A stretch of 64,000 bases of DNA from Mobula hypostoma (GCF_963921235.1 NC_086098.1:1736001-1800000), one strand, 5' to 3'; shown: positions 11,365 to 23,030, numbered from the stretch's first letter. Program-made: numbers and translations. The notes: generated by a model not told the origin, from the letters alone.

Positions 11365-11584
11365 CAACACACATCAAAGTTGCTGGTGAATGCAGCAGGC
11401 CAGGCAGCATCTGTAGGAAGAGGTGCAGTCGACGTTTCAGGCCGAGACCCTTCGTCCTGATGAAGGATCTAGGCCTGAAACGTCGACTGCACCTCTTCCT
11501 ACAGATGCTGCCTGGCCTGCTGCGTTCAGCAGCAACTTTGATGTGTGTTGCTTGAATTTCCAGCATCTGCAGAATTCCTGTTGT
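11365..11584. mobile_element. 220-bp palindromic PLE-terminus mini-element
   Basis: Arms 11365-11456 and ~11459-11550 are reverse complements; 34-nt extra tail 11551-11584; 13-bp TSD taattgtgaggtg at 11352-11364 and 11585-11597. Confidence 0.9.
11454..11489 (+). ncRNA. Minimal hammerhead ribozyme motif at the centre of the palindrome
   Basis: gtc-CUGAUGA-AGGaucuaggCCU-GAAAC-GUC-gac; the opposite arm has the same motif but lacks the first two core bases. Confidence 0.65.
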
Positions 11585-12410
11585 TAATTGTGAGGTGGTT
11601 TATTTTAGTAGGTCAAATATGATGGCAGAATATAGTACTAATGGTAAGACTCTTGGCAGTGTGAAGGATCAGAGGGATCTTGGGGTCTGAGTCCATAGGA
11701 CACTCAAAACTGCTGCGCAGGTTGACTCTGTGGTTAAGAAAGCATACGGTTCATTGGCCTTCATCAATCGTGTGATTGAGCTTAAGAGCCGAGAGGTAAT
11801 TTTGAAGCTATATAGGACCCTGGTCAGACCTCACTTGGAGTACTGTGCTCAGTTCTATTCGCCTCACTATAGGAAGGATCTGGAAACCATAGAAAGGGTG
11901 CAGAGGAGATTTACAAGGATGTTGCCTGGATTGGGGAGCATGCCTTATGGGAATAGGTTGAGTGATCTCGGCCTTTTCTCCTTGGAGAGACGGAGGATGA
12001 GAGGTGACCTGATAGAGGTGTATAAAATGATGAGAGGCATTGATCATGTGGTTAGTCAGTGGCTTTTCCTCAGGGCTGAAATGGCTGGCACAAGAGGGTA
12101 CAGTTTTAAGGTGCTTGGAAGTAGGTACAGAGGAGATGTCAGAGGTAATTTTTTTTACACAGAGAGTGTTGAGTGCGTGGAATGGGCTGCTGACAGCGGT
12201 GGTGGAGGTGGATACAATAGGGTCTTTTAAGAGACTCCTGGACAGGTACGTGGAGCTCAGAAAAATAGAGGGCTATGGGTAACTCTAGGTAATTTCTAAG
12301 GTAAGGGCCTGTTCGGCACAGCTTTGTGGGCCGAAGAACCTGTATTGTGCTGTAGGTTTTCTATGTTTCTATGCAAGATCTCCTTGGATCCCATGCCTCC
12401 TTACTTTCTG

Positions 12411-12476
12411 AGACCAATCCTGACACCACGTGCCAGACAAGAATGGCTGACTATCTAGTGTGATGTGCAAAAAAAA
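12411..12476 (+). mobile_element. 66-bp A-tailed insertion of unknown family inside a CR1 fragment
   Basis: TSD actttctg at 12403-12410 and 12477-12484; ends in an A run. Confidence 0.6.
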
Positions 12477-12656
12477 ACTTTCTGCAAAAGCCTTGCATGG
12501 GGAACCTTATCAAATGCCTTACAGAAATCCATATACACTACATCCACTGTTCTACCTTCATCAATGTGCTTTTTTCCTTCCTCAAAGAATTTAATTAGGC
12601 TCATAAGGCACAATCTGCTCTTGACAAAGCCATGCTGACTATCCCTAATCAGATCA

Positions 12657-14008
12657 GGGCACGACTGCACAAATGTATGGACATCAGCCAGTTAGAACAG
12701 CGAGAAAAATTTAAAAGGAGACAGCTTTATAGAGCAGGTGTCAGAGGAGTGGTCGATGGAGTAGAGGGAGACAGATTAGGAAGGCTTTGGCTCAACGAGG
12801 CTTCGGCGTTAATGGGTCGAGGTGAGTTAGGATGCCTGTGTAGAATACAGACAGGAAGTATGTCTGTGAGGCTGGTGTTCTGTGTTCGGTGACAGATGTG
12901 GGAAATCCGGGAGACTCCCAGCCTCCCGGACAGCCACATCTGTGCCAGGTGCGTCGAGCTGCAGCTCCTTAGGGACCGCGTTAGGGAACTGGAGATGCTA
13001 CTGAATGACCTTTGTCTGGTCAGGGAGAGTGAGGAGGTGATAGATAGGAGCTATAGGTAGGTAGTCACACTGGGGCCTCGGGAGATAGATAAGTGGGTAA
13101 CACTCAGGAGAGGGAAAGGCAGGAGTCAAATGCATCTCCCTAGAGCAAGGGGTTTAGATAGGGTGGAGTTTGTTAGGTGGGTTCAAGAAGGATATTGGTG
13201 ATTGTAGGGATGACTTACAGCAGACTGAAAAGCATAAGCATGTAGTTATCAAGAAAGAGGATGTGCTGGAGCTTTTGGGAAGCATCAAGTTGGATAAGTC
13301 AGGGGACCAGATGAGATGTACCCCAGGCTACTGTGGGAGGCAAGGGAGATTTCTGAGCCTCTGGCGATGATCTTTGCATCATCAGTGAGGAAGGGAGAGG
13401 TTCCGGAGGACTGGAGGGTTGCGGATGTTGTTTCCTATTCAAGAAAGGGAGTAGAAATAGCCCAGGAAATTATAGACCAGTGAGTCTTACTTCAGTGGTT
13501 GGCAAGCTGATGGAGAAGATCCTGAGAGGCAGGATTTATGATGATTTGGAGAGGTATTTGTGAAAGGCAGGTTGTGCCTTACCATCCTAATTGAATTTTT
13601 TGAGGATGTGACTGAACACATTGATGAAGGTAGAGCAGTAGATGTAGTGTATATGGATTTCAGCAAGGCATTTGATAAGGTAGCGTATGCGAGGTTTATT
13701 GAGAAAGTAAGCTGGCATGGGATCCAAGGGGACATTGCTTTGTGGATCCAGAATTGGCTTGCCCAAAGATGGCAAAAAGTGTTTTTAGACAGGTCATATT
13801 CTGCATCGAGGTCGGTGACCAGTAATGTGCCTCAGAGATCTGTTCTGGGACCCCTACGGCCTTTTTTCCTTGGAGCGAAGAAGGATGAGAGGTGACCTGA
13901 TAAAGGCATATAAGATGATGAGAGGCATTGATCATGTGGATAGTCAGAGGCTTTTTCCCAGGGCTGAAATGGCTAACACAAGAGGGCACAGATTTAAGGT
14001 GCTTGGAA
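12657..14008 (+). mobile_element. Internally deleted CR1 mosaic: 5' UTR, ORF1 zinc-finger region, short EN and RT fragments
   Basis: MSVRLVFCVR..MWE..CARC ORF1 start near 12860; RT motifs in ORFs 13170-13370, 13560-13895 and 13825-14013. Confidence 0.8.
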
Positions 14009-14423
14009 TATAGAAAACTTACAGCACAATTGAGGCCCTTCGACCCACAAAGCTGTGCCAAACATGTCCTTACCTGAGAAATTACCTAGGGTTACCCATA
14101 GCCCTCTATTTTTCTGAGCTCCATGTACCAGTCCAGGAGTCTCTTAAAATACCCTATCGTATCCACCCCCACCTCTGTCGCCAGCAGCCCATTCCACGCT
14201 CTCACCACTCTCTGTATAAAAAACTCACCCCTGACATCTCCTCAGTACCTACTCCCCAGCACCTTAAACCTGTGTTCTCTTGTGGCAACCATTTCAGACT
14301 ACTAGACAGGTATATGGAGGAATTTAAGGTGGGGGCTTATATGGGACGCAGGGTTTGAGGGTTGGCACAATATTGTGGGCCAAAGGGCCTGTACTGTGCT
14401 GTACTATTCTATGTTCTATGTTC
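14009..14423. mobile_element. Two CR1 3' ends: minus at ~14009-14297 and plus at ~14301-14423
   Basis: Homologous to 12075-12373 and to 60388-60520; (TTCTATG)n tail. Confidence 0.8.
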
Positions 14424-14626
14424 AGACAACGAGTGCTGGAGAGAGACTGAGGATCTGTGAAATGGTGGGAGGCTACAGCAGTGCATGCCTGCAAATCACT
14501 TCATTCGTGTGAATTCAGCGTAGTGCTTGGCGCGTGGCAAATTCAAGTTTTACTTTTTGGAACTTTCTGGAATGTTTTTTCGAATATTTTCAATCTGTGG
14601 AACCCATGGATACCGAGGGCCAACTG
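14424..14626 (+). mobile_element. Tigger/pogo-type (Tc1-mariner) DNA transposon right end, MER2B-like
   Basis: ggcaaattcaagttttactttttggaactttctggaat...cgaatattttcaatc..ggaacccatggataccgagggccaactg followed by TA; similarity recalled from memory; left TIR not seen; left boundary uncertain. Confidence 0.7.
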
Positions 14627-16479
14627 TAGACTACATCTACTGCTCTTCCTTTATCAATGTGGTTAGTCACATCCTCAAAAAATTCAGTCAGGCTCATGAG
14701 GCACGACCTGCCCTTGACAAAGCCAAGCTAACTATTCCTAATCATATTGTACCTCTCCAAATGTTCATAAATCCTCTCAGGATTGTCTCCATCAACTTAC
14801 CAACCACTGAAGTAAGACTCACTGGGCTATAATTTCCTGGGCTATCTCCACTCCCTTTCTTGAATAAAGGAACAACATCCGCAAACCTCCAATCCTCTGG
14901 AACCTCTCCCGTCCCCACTGATGAGACAAAGATCATTGCCTGAGGCTCAGCAATCTCTTCCCTCGCCTCCAACAGTAGCCTGGGGTACATCCAACTTGAT
15001 GCTTTCCAAAAGCTCCAGCACATCCTCTTTCTTAATATCTACATGATCAAGCTTTTCAGTCTGCTGCAAGTCAGCACTACAATCACCAAGATCCTTTTCC
15101 ATAGTAAATACTGGGGTAAAATATTCATTAAGTACCTCTGCTATTTCCTCCGGTTCCATACACACTTTCCCACTGTCACACTTGATAGGTCCTATTCTTT
15201 CATGTCTTATCTTTCACTGTCAGGAGGGGGAAGGAAAATGCCCGGATAGTGGAGAGCACCCCTGTGGCTGTCCCCCTCAGCAACAAATATCTTGTTCTGA
15301 ATGCTGTTGAGGGGGATGACCTGACAGGGGATGCCCACGGTGACCGGGTCTCTGGCACTGAGCCTGGTGCTGTTGTGCAGGAGAGAAGGAGGGAGAAGAG
15401 GAATACAGTAGTCATAGGGGATTCCGCACTCTGGGGAATGGACAGGAGATTCTGTGAGCCTGACAGAGATACCCGCATGGTGTGTTGCCTCCCAGGTGCC
15501 AGGGTACGGGATGTCTTGGACTGGGTCCAGAATATTCTGAAGGGAGAGGGCGAGTAGCCAGTTGTCTTGGTACATGTTGGTACCAATGACATAGATAGGA
15601 GAAAGGAGGAGGTCCTGAAGAGAGATTTCCAGGAGTTTGGAAGGAAGCTGAGAAGCAGGACCTCTAGGGTAGTAATCTCAGGATTGCTACCTGTGCCACA
15701 TGCTAGTGAGGGCAAGAATAGTTGGATCAGGCAGATGAATGCGGGGCTGAGAGACTGGTGCAGGGGGCAGGGCTTCAGAGTCTTGGATCATTGGGATCTC
15801 TTCTGGGGGAAGTATGACCTGTTCAAAATGGACAGGTTACACCTGAACCCGAAGGGGACCAATATCCTGGCGGGAAGGTTTAATAGAGCTGTTAGGGAGG
15901 GTTTAAACTAATTTGGCAGGGGGATGGGAACCAGAATGATAGAGCGGAGAAGGGGAAAACAGAAATAAATCTAAGATAGTGAGCAGTAAAGATGTCAGGA
16001 AAGACAGGCAGGTGATGGGGCAAATTTGTAGCCATTGGGATGAGTTGCAGTGCAATAAAGTTGCAGTGAAATCAAAGCGAAAAGTACCAAATACTGGTCT
16101 TAAGGTGTTATACTTAAATGCACGCAGCATAAGGAATAAGGTGGATGATCTTGTTGTACAGCTACTGATTGGCAGGTATGATATTGTGGCCATCACTGAG
16201 ACGTGGCTAAAGGATGCATGTCCTTTAGGATACATGGTGTATCGGAAGGATAGGAAGGTAGGCAGAGGGGAAGGCGTGGCTTTATTGATAAGAATTGATA
16301 TTAAATCATTAGAAAGAGGTGACATAGATTCAGAAGGTGCAAAATCTTTATGGGTCAAACTAAGAAATTGCAGGGGTAGAAGGACCCTGATGGCAGTTAT
16401 TTATAGGCCTCCAAACAGCTGCAGTGATGTGGATTACAAATTACAACAGGAAATAGAAAAGGCTTGTCAGAGGGGCAGT

Positions 16480-16810
16480 GGTCCCGATGTTGGAGAAGTC
16501 CAGAACGAGGGGTCACGGTTTGAGGATAAAGGCGAAGCCTTTTAGGACTGAGATGAGGAAAAACTTCTTCACACAGAGAGTGGTGAATCTGTGGAATTCT
16601 CTGCCACAGGAAACAGTTGAGGCCAGTTCATTGGCTATATTTAAGAGGGAGTTAGATATGGCCCTTGTGGCTACGGGGATCAGGGGGTATGGAGGGAAGG
16701 CTGGTGCAGGGTTCTGAGTTGGATGATCAGCCATGATCATAATAAATGGCGGTGCAGGCTCGAACGGCCGAATGGCCTACTCCTGCACCTATTTTCTATA
16801 TTTCTATGTT
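16480..16810 (+). mobile_element. CR1 family A 3' end
   Basis: Close match to 21660-21990. Confidence 0.9.
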
Positions 16811-17492
16811 ATGATAATTGTGGGGGATTTTAACACGTGAGTAGATTGGGAAAATCAGGTCGGCACTGGATCTCAAGAGAGAGAATTTGTAGAATGTCTG
16901 CGAGATGGCTTTTTAGAACAGCTTGTTGTTGAGCCCACTAGGGGATCGGCTGTACTGGATTGGGTATTGTGTAATGAACTGGAGGTGATGAGAGAGATTG
17001 AGGTGAAGGAACCCATAGGAGGCAGTGATCATAACATGATTGAGTTCACTGTGAAATTAGAAAAAGAGAAGCTGAAATCTGATGTGTCGGTATTTCAGTG
17101 GAGTAAAGGAAATTACAGTGGCATGAGAGAGAAACTGGCCAAAGTTGACTGGAAAGGGACACTGGCGGGAAAAACAGCAGAGCAGCAGTGGCTGGAGTTT
17201 ATGCGAGAAGTGAGGAAGGTGCAAGACAGGTGTATTCCAAAAAAGAAATTTTCGACTGGAAAAAGGGTGCAACCGTGGTTGACAAGAGAAGTCAAAGCCA
17301 AAGTTAAAGCAAAGGAGAGGGCATACAGGGAAGCAAAAATTAGTGGGAAGACAGAGGATTGGGAAGTTTTTAAAAGCTTACAAAAGGAAACTAAGAAGAT
17401 CATTAAGAGGGAAAAGATTAACCATGAAAGGAAGCTAGCAAATAATATCAAAGAGGATACTAAAAGCTTTTTCAAGTATATAAAGAGTAAAA

Positions 17493-17770
17493 TTTTTGAA
17501 ATTTTCGGTATTAATTTTTTCTCCAACGGCTTTCTGAGAGGCGGGACTGCGCAGGCGTGTGACGTCGGGCAGTGCAGTGCGGCAGATTTAAAAGGGCAGA
17601 CATCCTGCTTCGGGTTTGATTCGAAGAAGGAGTCTGAGAGTCTGAGTGGGAGTGCCGAGAAAGACATTTTTGAAATTTTCGTTATTTTTTTTTCTCCAAC
17701 GGCGTTCTGAGAGGCGGGACTGCGCAGGCGTGTGACGTCGGGCTGTGCAGCACCGCAGATTTAAAAGGAA
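17493..17770 (+). promoter_or_regulatory. Tandemly duplicated promoter-like module in the CR1 5' UTR (174-bp spacing)
   Basis: Units start at 17493 and 17667 and share about 100 bp containing GGCGGG, TGCGCAGGCG, TGACGTC and TTTAAAA. Confidence 0.6.
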
Positions 17771-17922
17771 CAAAGCCTCATAGAGCGGGCAGCGTAGTTT
17801 GCGGGCGGCGGAGTGAGCCGGGAGCAGAGTGAAGACCTAAGGGCTTCAGCTCACCGGGCTTAGGCGGAAGCAGGCGAGGAAGGTTTGACATTCATTTTCT
17901 GTTATTTGAGGAGAGGGGCATT

Positions 17923-18857
17923 ATGAGTGAGAGGGCAGTTTACTGTTCTCGGTGTCAGATGTGGGAGGCCCTGGAGTCTCCAAGCCTCCCGTACGTCTAC
18001 ATCTGCGCCAAGTGCATCGAGATGCAGCTCCTAAGGGACCGCGTTATGGAACTGGAGCTGCAGCTCGATGACCTTCGTCTGGTCAGGGAGAGTGAGGAGG
18101 TGATAGAGAGGAGTGGAAGGCAGGTGGTCACGCCGGGGCCACGGGAGGCAGACAAGTGGGTCACGGTTAGGAGGGGGAAGGGGAAAAGTCAGGTGATGGG
18201 GAGTACCCCGGTGGCTGTGCCCCTTAACAACAGGTACTCCTGTTTGAGTACTGCTGGGGGGACAGCTTACCTGGGGGAAGCGACAGTGGCCGTGCCTCCG
18301 GCACAGAGTCTGGCCCTGTAGCTCAGAAGGGTAGGGCAAGGAAGAGGAGGGCAGTTGTGATAGGGGACTCAATAGTAAGGGGGTCAGATAGGCGATTCTG
18401 TGGACGCAGTCCAGAGACCCGGATGGTAGTTTGCCTCCCTGGTGCCAGGGTCCGGGATATTTCTGATCGTGTCCAAGATATCCTGAAATGGGAGGGTGAG
18501 GAGCCGGAGGTCGTGGTACATATAGGTACCAATGACATAGGTAGGAAAAGGGATGAGGTCCTGAAAGGAAAATATAGGGAGCTAGGAAGGGAGTTGAGAA
18601 AAAGGACCGCAAAGGTAGTAATCTCGGGATTACTGCCTGTGCCACGCGACAGTGAGAGTAGGAATGCGATGAGGTGGAGGATAAATGCATGGCTGAGGGA
18701 TTGGAGCAGGGGGCAGGGATTCAAGTTTTTGGATCATTGGGACCTCTTTTGGTGCAGGCGTGACCTGTACAAAAAGGACGGGTTACACTTGAATCCTAGG
18801 GGGACCAATATCCTGGCAGGGCGATTAGCGGGGGCTACTGAGGTGACTTTAAACGAG
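17923..18857 (+). pseudogene. CR1 ORF1: zinc finger, coiled coil and SGNH esterase; one frameshift and an apparently lost stop
   Basis: CSRC...CAKC, IGDSIVR, HIGTNDIG, DGLHLN; frame change near the G run 18256-18261; GAG at 18855-18857 where other copies have LN-stop (15909-15911, 25455-25457). Confidence 0.85.
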
Positions 18858-19087
18858 AATGGTTGGGGGGTGGGAATCAAATTAAAGAGGCTAGGCGTGA
18901 GGAGGTTAGTTCACAACAGAGGGATGGGAACCAGTGCAGCGAGACAGAGGGGTGTAAAGTGAGGGTAGAAGCAAAAAGTACAAAGGAGAAAAGTAAAAGT
19001 GGCAGGCCGACAAATCCAGGGCAAGCATTAAAAAGGGCCACTTTTCAACATAATTGTATAAGGGCTAAGAGAGTTGTAAAAGAGCGC

Positions 19088-21895
19088 CTGAAAGCTTTAT
19101 GTGTCAATGCAAGGAGCATTCGTAATAAGGTGGATGAATTGAAAGTGCAGATTGTTATTAATGAATATGATATAGTTGGGATCACAGAGACATGGCTCCA
19201 GGGTGACCAAGGATAGGAGCTCAACATTCAGGGATATTCAATGTTCGGGAGGGATAGACATGAAAGTAAAGGAGGTGGGGTGGCGTTGCTGGTTAGAGAG
19301 GAGATTAACGCAATAGAAATGAAGGACATAAGCCGGGAGGATGTGGAATCGATATGGGTAGAGCTGCATAACACTAAGGGGCAGAAAACGCTGGTGGGAG
19401 TTGTGTACAGGCCACCTAACAGTAGTAGTGAGGTTGGGGATCGTATTAAACAAGAAATTAGAAATGTGTGCAATAAAGGAACAGCAGTTATAATGGGTGA
19501 CTTCAATCTACATGTAGATTGGGTGACCCAAATTGGTAAGGGTGCTGAGGAAGAGGATTTCTTGGAATGTATGCGGGATGGTTTTTTGAACCAACATGTC
19601 GAGGAACCAACTAGAGAGCAGGCTATTCTAGACTGGGTATTGAGCAATGAGGAAGGGTTAATTAGCAATCTTGTCGTGAGAGGCCCCTTGGGTAAGAGTG
19701 ACCATAATATGGTGGACTTCTTCATTAAGATGGAGAGTGACATAGTTAATTCAGAAACAAAGGTTCTGAACTTAAAGAGGGGTAACTTTGAAGGTATGAG
19801 ATGTGAATTAGCTAAGATAGACTGGCAAATGACACTTAAAGGATTGACGGTGGATATGCAATGGCAATCATTGAAAGGTTGCATGGATGAACTACAACAA
19901 TTGTTCATCCCAGTTTGGCAAAAGAATAAATCAAGGAAGGTAGTGCACCCGTGGCTGACAAGAGAAATTAGGGATAGTATCAATTCCAAAGAAGAAGCAT
20001 ACAAATTAGCCAGAGAAAGTGGCTCACCTGAGGACTGGGAGAAATTCAGAATTCAGCAGAGGAGGACAAAGGGCTTAATTAGGAAGGGGAAAAAAGATTA
20101 TGAGAGAAAACTGGCAGGGAACATAAAAACTGACTGTAAAAGCTTTTATAGATATGTAAAAAGGAAAAGACTGGTAAAGACAAATGTAGGTCCCCTGCAG
20201 ACAGAAACAGGTGAATTGATTATGGGGAGCAAGGACATGGCAGACCAATTGAATAATTACTTTGGTTCTGTCTTCACTAAGGAGGACATAAATAATCTTC
20301 CAGAAATAGTAAGGGACAGAGGGTCCAGTGAGATGGAGGAACTGAGCGAAATACATGTTAGTAGGGAAGTGGTGTTAGGTAAATTGAAGGGATTGAAGGC
20401 AGATAAATCCCCAGGGCCAGATGGTCTGCATCCTAGAGTGCTTAAGAAAGTAGCCCAAGAAATAGTGGATGCATTAGTGATAATTTTTCAGAACTCGTTA
20501 GATTCTGGACTAGTTCCTGAGGATTGGAGGGTGGCTAATGTAACCCCACTTTTTAAAAAAGGAGGGAGAGAGAAACCAGGGAATTACAGACCGGTTAGCC
20601 TAATGTCGGTGGTGGGGAAACTGCTGGAGTCAGTTATCAAGGATGTGATAACAGCACATTTGGAAAGCGGTGAAATGATCGGACAAAGTCAGCATGGATT
20701 TGTGAAAGGAAAATCATGTCTGACGAATCTCATAGAATTTTTTGAGGATGTAACTGGTAGAGTGGATAGGGGAGAACCAGTGGACGTGGTATATTTGGAT
20801 TTTCAAAAGGCTTTTGACAAGGTCCCACACAGGAGATTAGTGTGCAAACTTAAAGCACACGGTATTGGGGGTAAGGTATTGGTGTGGGTGGAGAATTGGT
20901 TAGCAGACAGGAAGCAAAGAGTGGGAATAAACGGGACCTTTTCAGAATGGCAGGCAGTGACTAGTGGGGTACCGCAAGGCTCAGTGCTGGGACCCCAGTT
21001 GTTTACAATATATATTAATGACTTGGATGAGGGAATTAAATGCAGCATCTCCAAGTTTGCGGATGACACGAAGCTGGGTGGCAGTGTTAGCAGTGAGGAG
21101 GATGCTCAGAGGATGCAGGGTGACTTGGATAGGTTGGGTGAGTGGGCAAATTCATGGCAGATGCAATTTAATGTGGATAAATGTGAAGTTATCCACTTTG
21201 GTGGCAAAAATAGGAAAACAGATTATTATCTGAATGGTGGCCGATTAGGAAAAGGGGAGGTGCAACGAGACCTGGGTGTCATTATACACCAGTCATTGAA
21301 AGTGGGCATGCAGGTACAGCAGGCGGTGAAAAAGGCGAATGGTATGCTGGCATTTATAGCGAGAGGATTCGAGTACAGGAGCAGGGAGGTACTACTGCAG
21401 TTGTACAAGGCCTTGGTGAAACCACACCTGGAGTATTGTGTGCAGTTTTGGTCCCCTAATCTGAGGAAAGACATCTTTGCCATAGAGGGAGTACAAAGAA
21501 GGTTCACCAGATTGATTCCTGGGATGGCAGGACTTTCATATGAAGAAAGACTGGATGAACTGGGCTTGTACTCGTTGGAATTTAGAAGATTGAGGGGGGA
21601 TCTGATTGAAACATATAAGATCCTAAAGGGATTGGACAGGCTAGATGCAGGAAGATTGTTCCCGATGTTGGGGAAGTCCAGAACGAGGGGTCACAGTTTG
21701 AGGATAGAGGGGAAGCCTTTTAGGACCGAGATTAGGAAAAACTTCTTCACACAGAGAGTGGTGAATCTGTGGAATTCTCTGCCACAGGAAACAGTTGAGG
21801 CCAGTTCATTGGCTATATTTAAGAGGGAGTTAGATATGGCCCTTGTGGCTAGGGGGGTCAGGGGGTATGGAGGGAAGGCTGGGGCGGGGTTCTGA
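19088..21895 (+). pseudogene. CR1 ORF2 (APE endonuclease plus RT) with a single in-frame TAG
   Basis: LKALCVNARSIRNK..ITETWL in the same frame as the 884-aa ORF 19241-21895; stop at 19214-19216 where other copies have W (WE..IQG); GDFN, SDH and FADD motifs intact. Confidence 0.9.
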
Positions 21896-22646
21896 GTTGG
21901 ATGATCAGCCATGATCATAATAAATGGTGGTGCAGGCTCGAAGGGCTGAATGGCCTACTCCTGCACCTATTTTCTATGTTTCTATGTTTCTAAAAGACAG
22001 GTGAGAGTAGATATAGGACTGATAGAAAATGATGCTGGAGAAATTGTAATGGGAGATAAGGAGATGGCAGAGGAACTGAACGAGTATTTTGCATCAGTCT
22101 TCACTGAGGAAGATATCAGCAGTATACCAGACACTCAAGGGTGGCAGGGAAGAGAAGTGTGCGCAGTTCCAATTACGACAGAGAAAGTACTCAGGAAGCT
22201 GAATAGGCTAAAGGTAGATAAATCTCCCGGACCAGATGGAATGCACCCTCGTGTTCTTAAGGAAGTAGCTGTGGAGATTGCGGAGGCATTAGCGATGATC
22301 TTTCAAAAGTCGATAGATTCTGGCATGGTTCTAGAGGACTGGAAGACTGTAAATGTCACTCCGCTATTTAAGGGGGCAAAGAAGCAAAAAGGAAATTATA
22401 GACCTGTTAGCTTGACATCGGTGGTTGGGAAGTTGTTGGAGTCGATTGTCAAGGATGAGGTTACAGAGTACCTGGAGGCATATGAAAGACAGGCTGAACT
22501 CACCATAGATTTCTTAAAGGAAAATCCTGCCTGAGAAACCTGTTACAATTTTTTGAGGAAATTACAAGTTGGCTAGACAAGGGAGATGCAGTGGAAGTTG
22601 TATATTTGGATTTTCAAAAGTCCTTTGACAAGGTGCCACACATGAG

Positions 22647-22720
22647 TCACTCCGTGTTTCCTGCCAATCAGCCAACGCTCTATCCACGTATGTAACTTTC
22701 CCATAATTCCATGGGCTCTT
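22647..22720 (-). repeat. 74-bp inverted copy of 23047-23120 at the 5' junction of a Rex1 insert
   Basis: Direct reverse-complement comparison. Confidence 0.9.
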
Positions 22721-23030
22721 TGGTCAATGTCTCCCATCCACTACATAATGTACTGGGTGGGCACAGGAGTACATCCAGCCAGAGACTCATTCCTCTGAGA
22801 TGCATCACAGAGCGTCATAGGAAGTCATTCCTGCCTGTAGCCATCAAACTTTACAATTGAGCCTGAGCCAATAGGCTGGTCCTGGACTTATTTCGTAATT
22901 TACTGGCACAATTTACATATTACTATTTAACTATTTATGGTTCTATTACTATTTATTATTTATGGTGCAACTGTAATGAAAACCAATTTCCCCCAGGATC
23001 AATAAAGTATGTCTATGACGATGACTATGA
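22721..23030 (+). mobile_element. Rex1/Babar 3' end, same family as 247-739
   Basis: caatgtctcccatccactacataatgtact...gccatcaaactttacaa; degenerate (CTATGA)n tail; atgag duplicated at both ends of the whole insertion. Confidence 0.85.

Larger units (their letters stand above)
10966..12373 (+). mobile_element. CR1 5'-truncated copy
   Basis: ORFs 11035-11460, 11730-12230 and 12040-12282 with CR1 RT motifs; (TTTCTATG)n tail. Confidence 0.9.
17493..21990 (+). mobile_element. Full-length young CR1 LINE (family A), about 4.5 kb
   Basis: CpG-rich 5' UTR, ORF1, ORF2, 3' UTR and (TTTCTATG)n tail; TSD taaaa at 17488-17492 and 21991-21995; host frame KYIKSK|RQVRVDIG is restored on removal. Confidence 0.95.

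Noticed and set aside
11365..11584. Interpretation as a MITE or miRNA precursor
   Set aside because: The arms match the retroelement terminus seen at 37902-37990 and are related to the one linked to GIY-YIG at 3563-3653; the asymmetric tail and long TSD do not fit the usual DNA-transposon patterns.
17493..17770. Direct repeats with a spacer considered as CRISPR-like or LTR
   Set aside because: Only two ~100-bp units, inside a LINE 5' UTR; no cas genes or LTR hallmarks; eukaryotic context.
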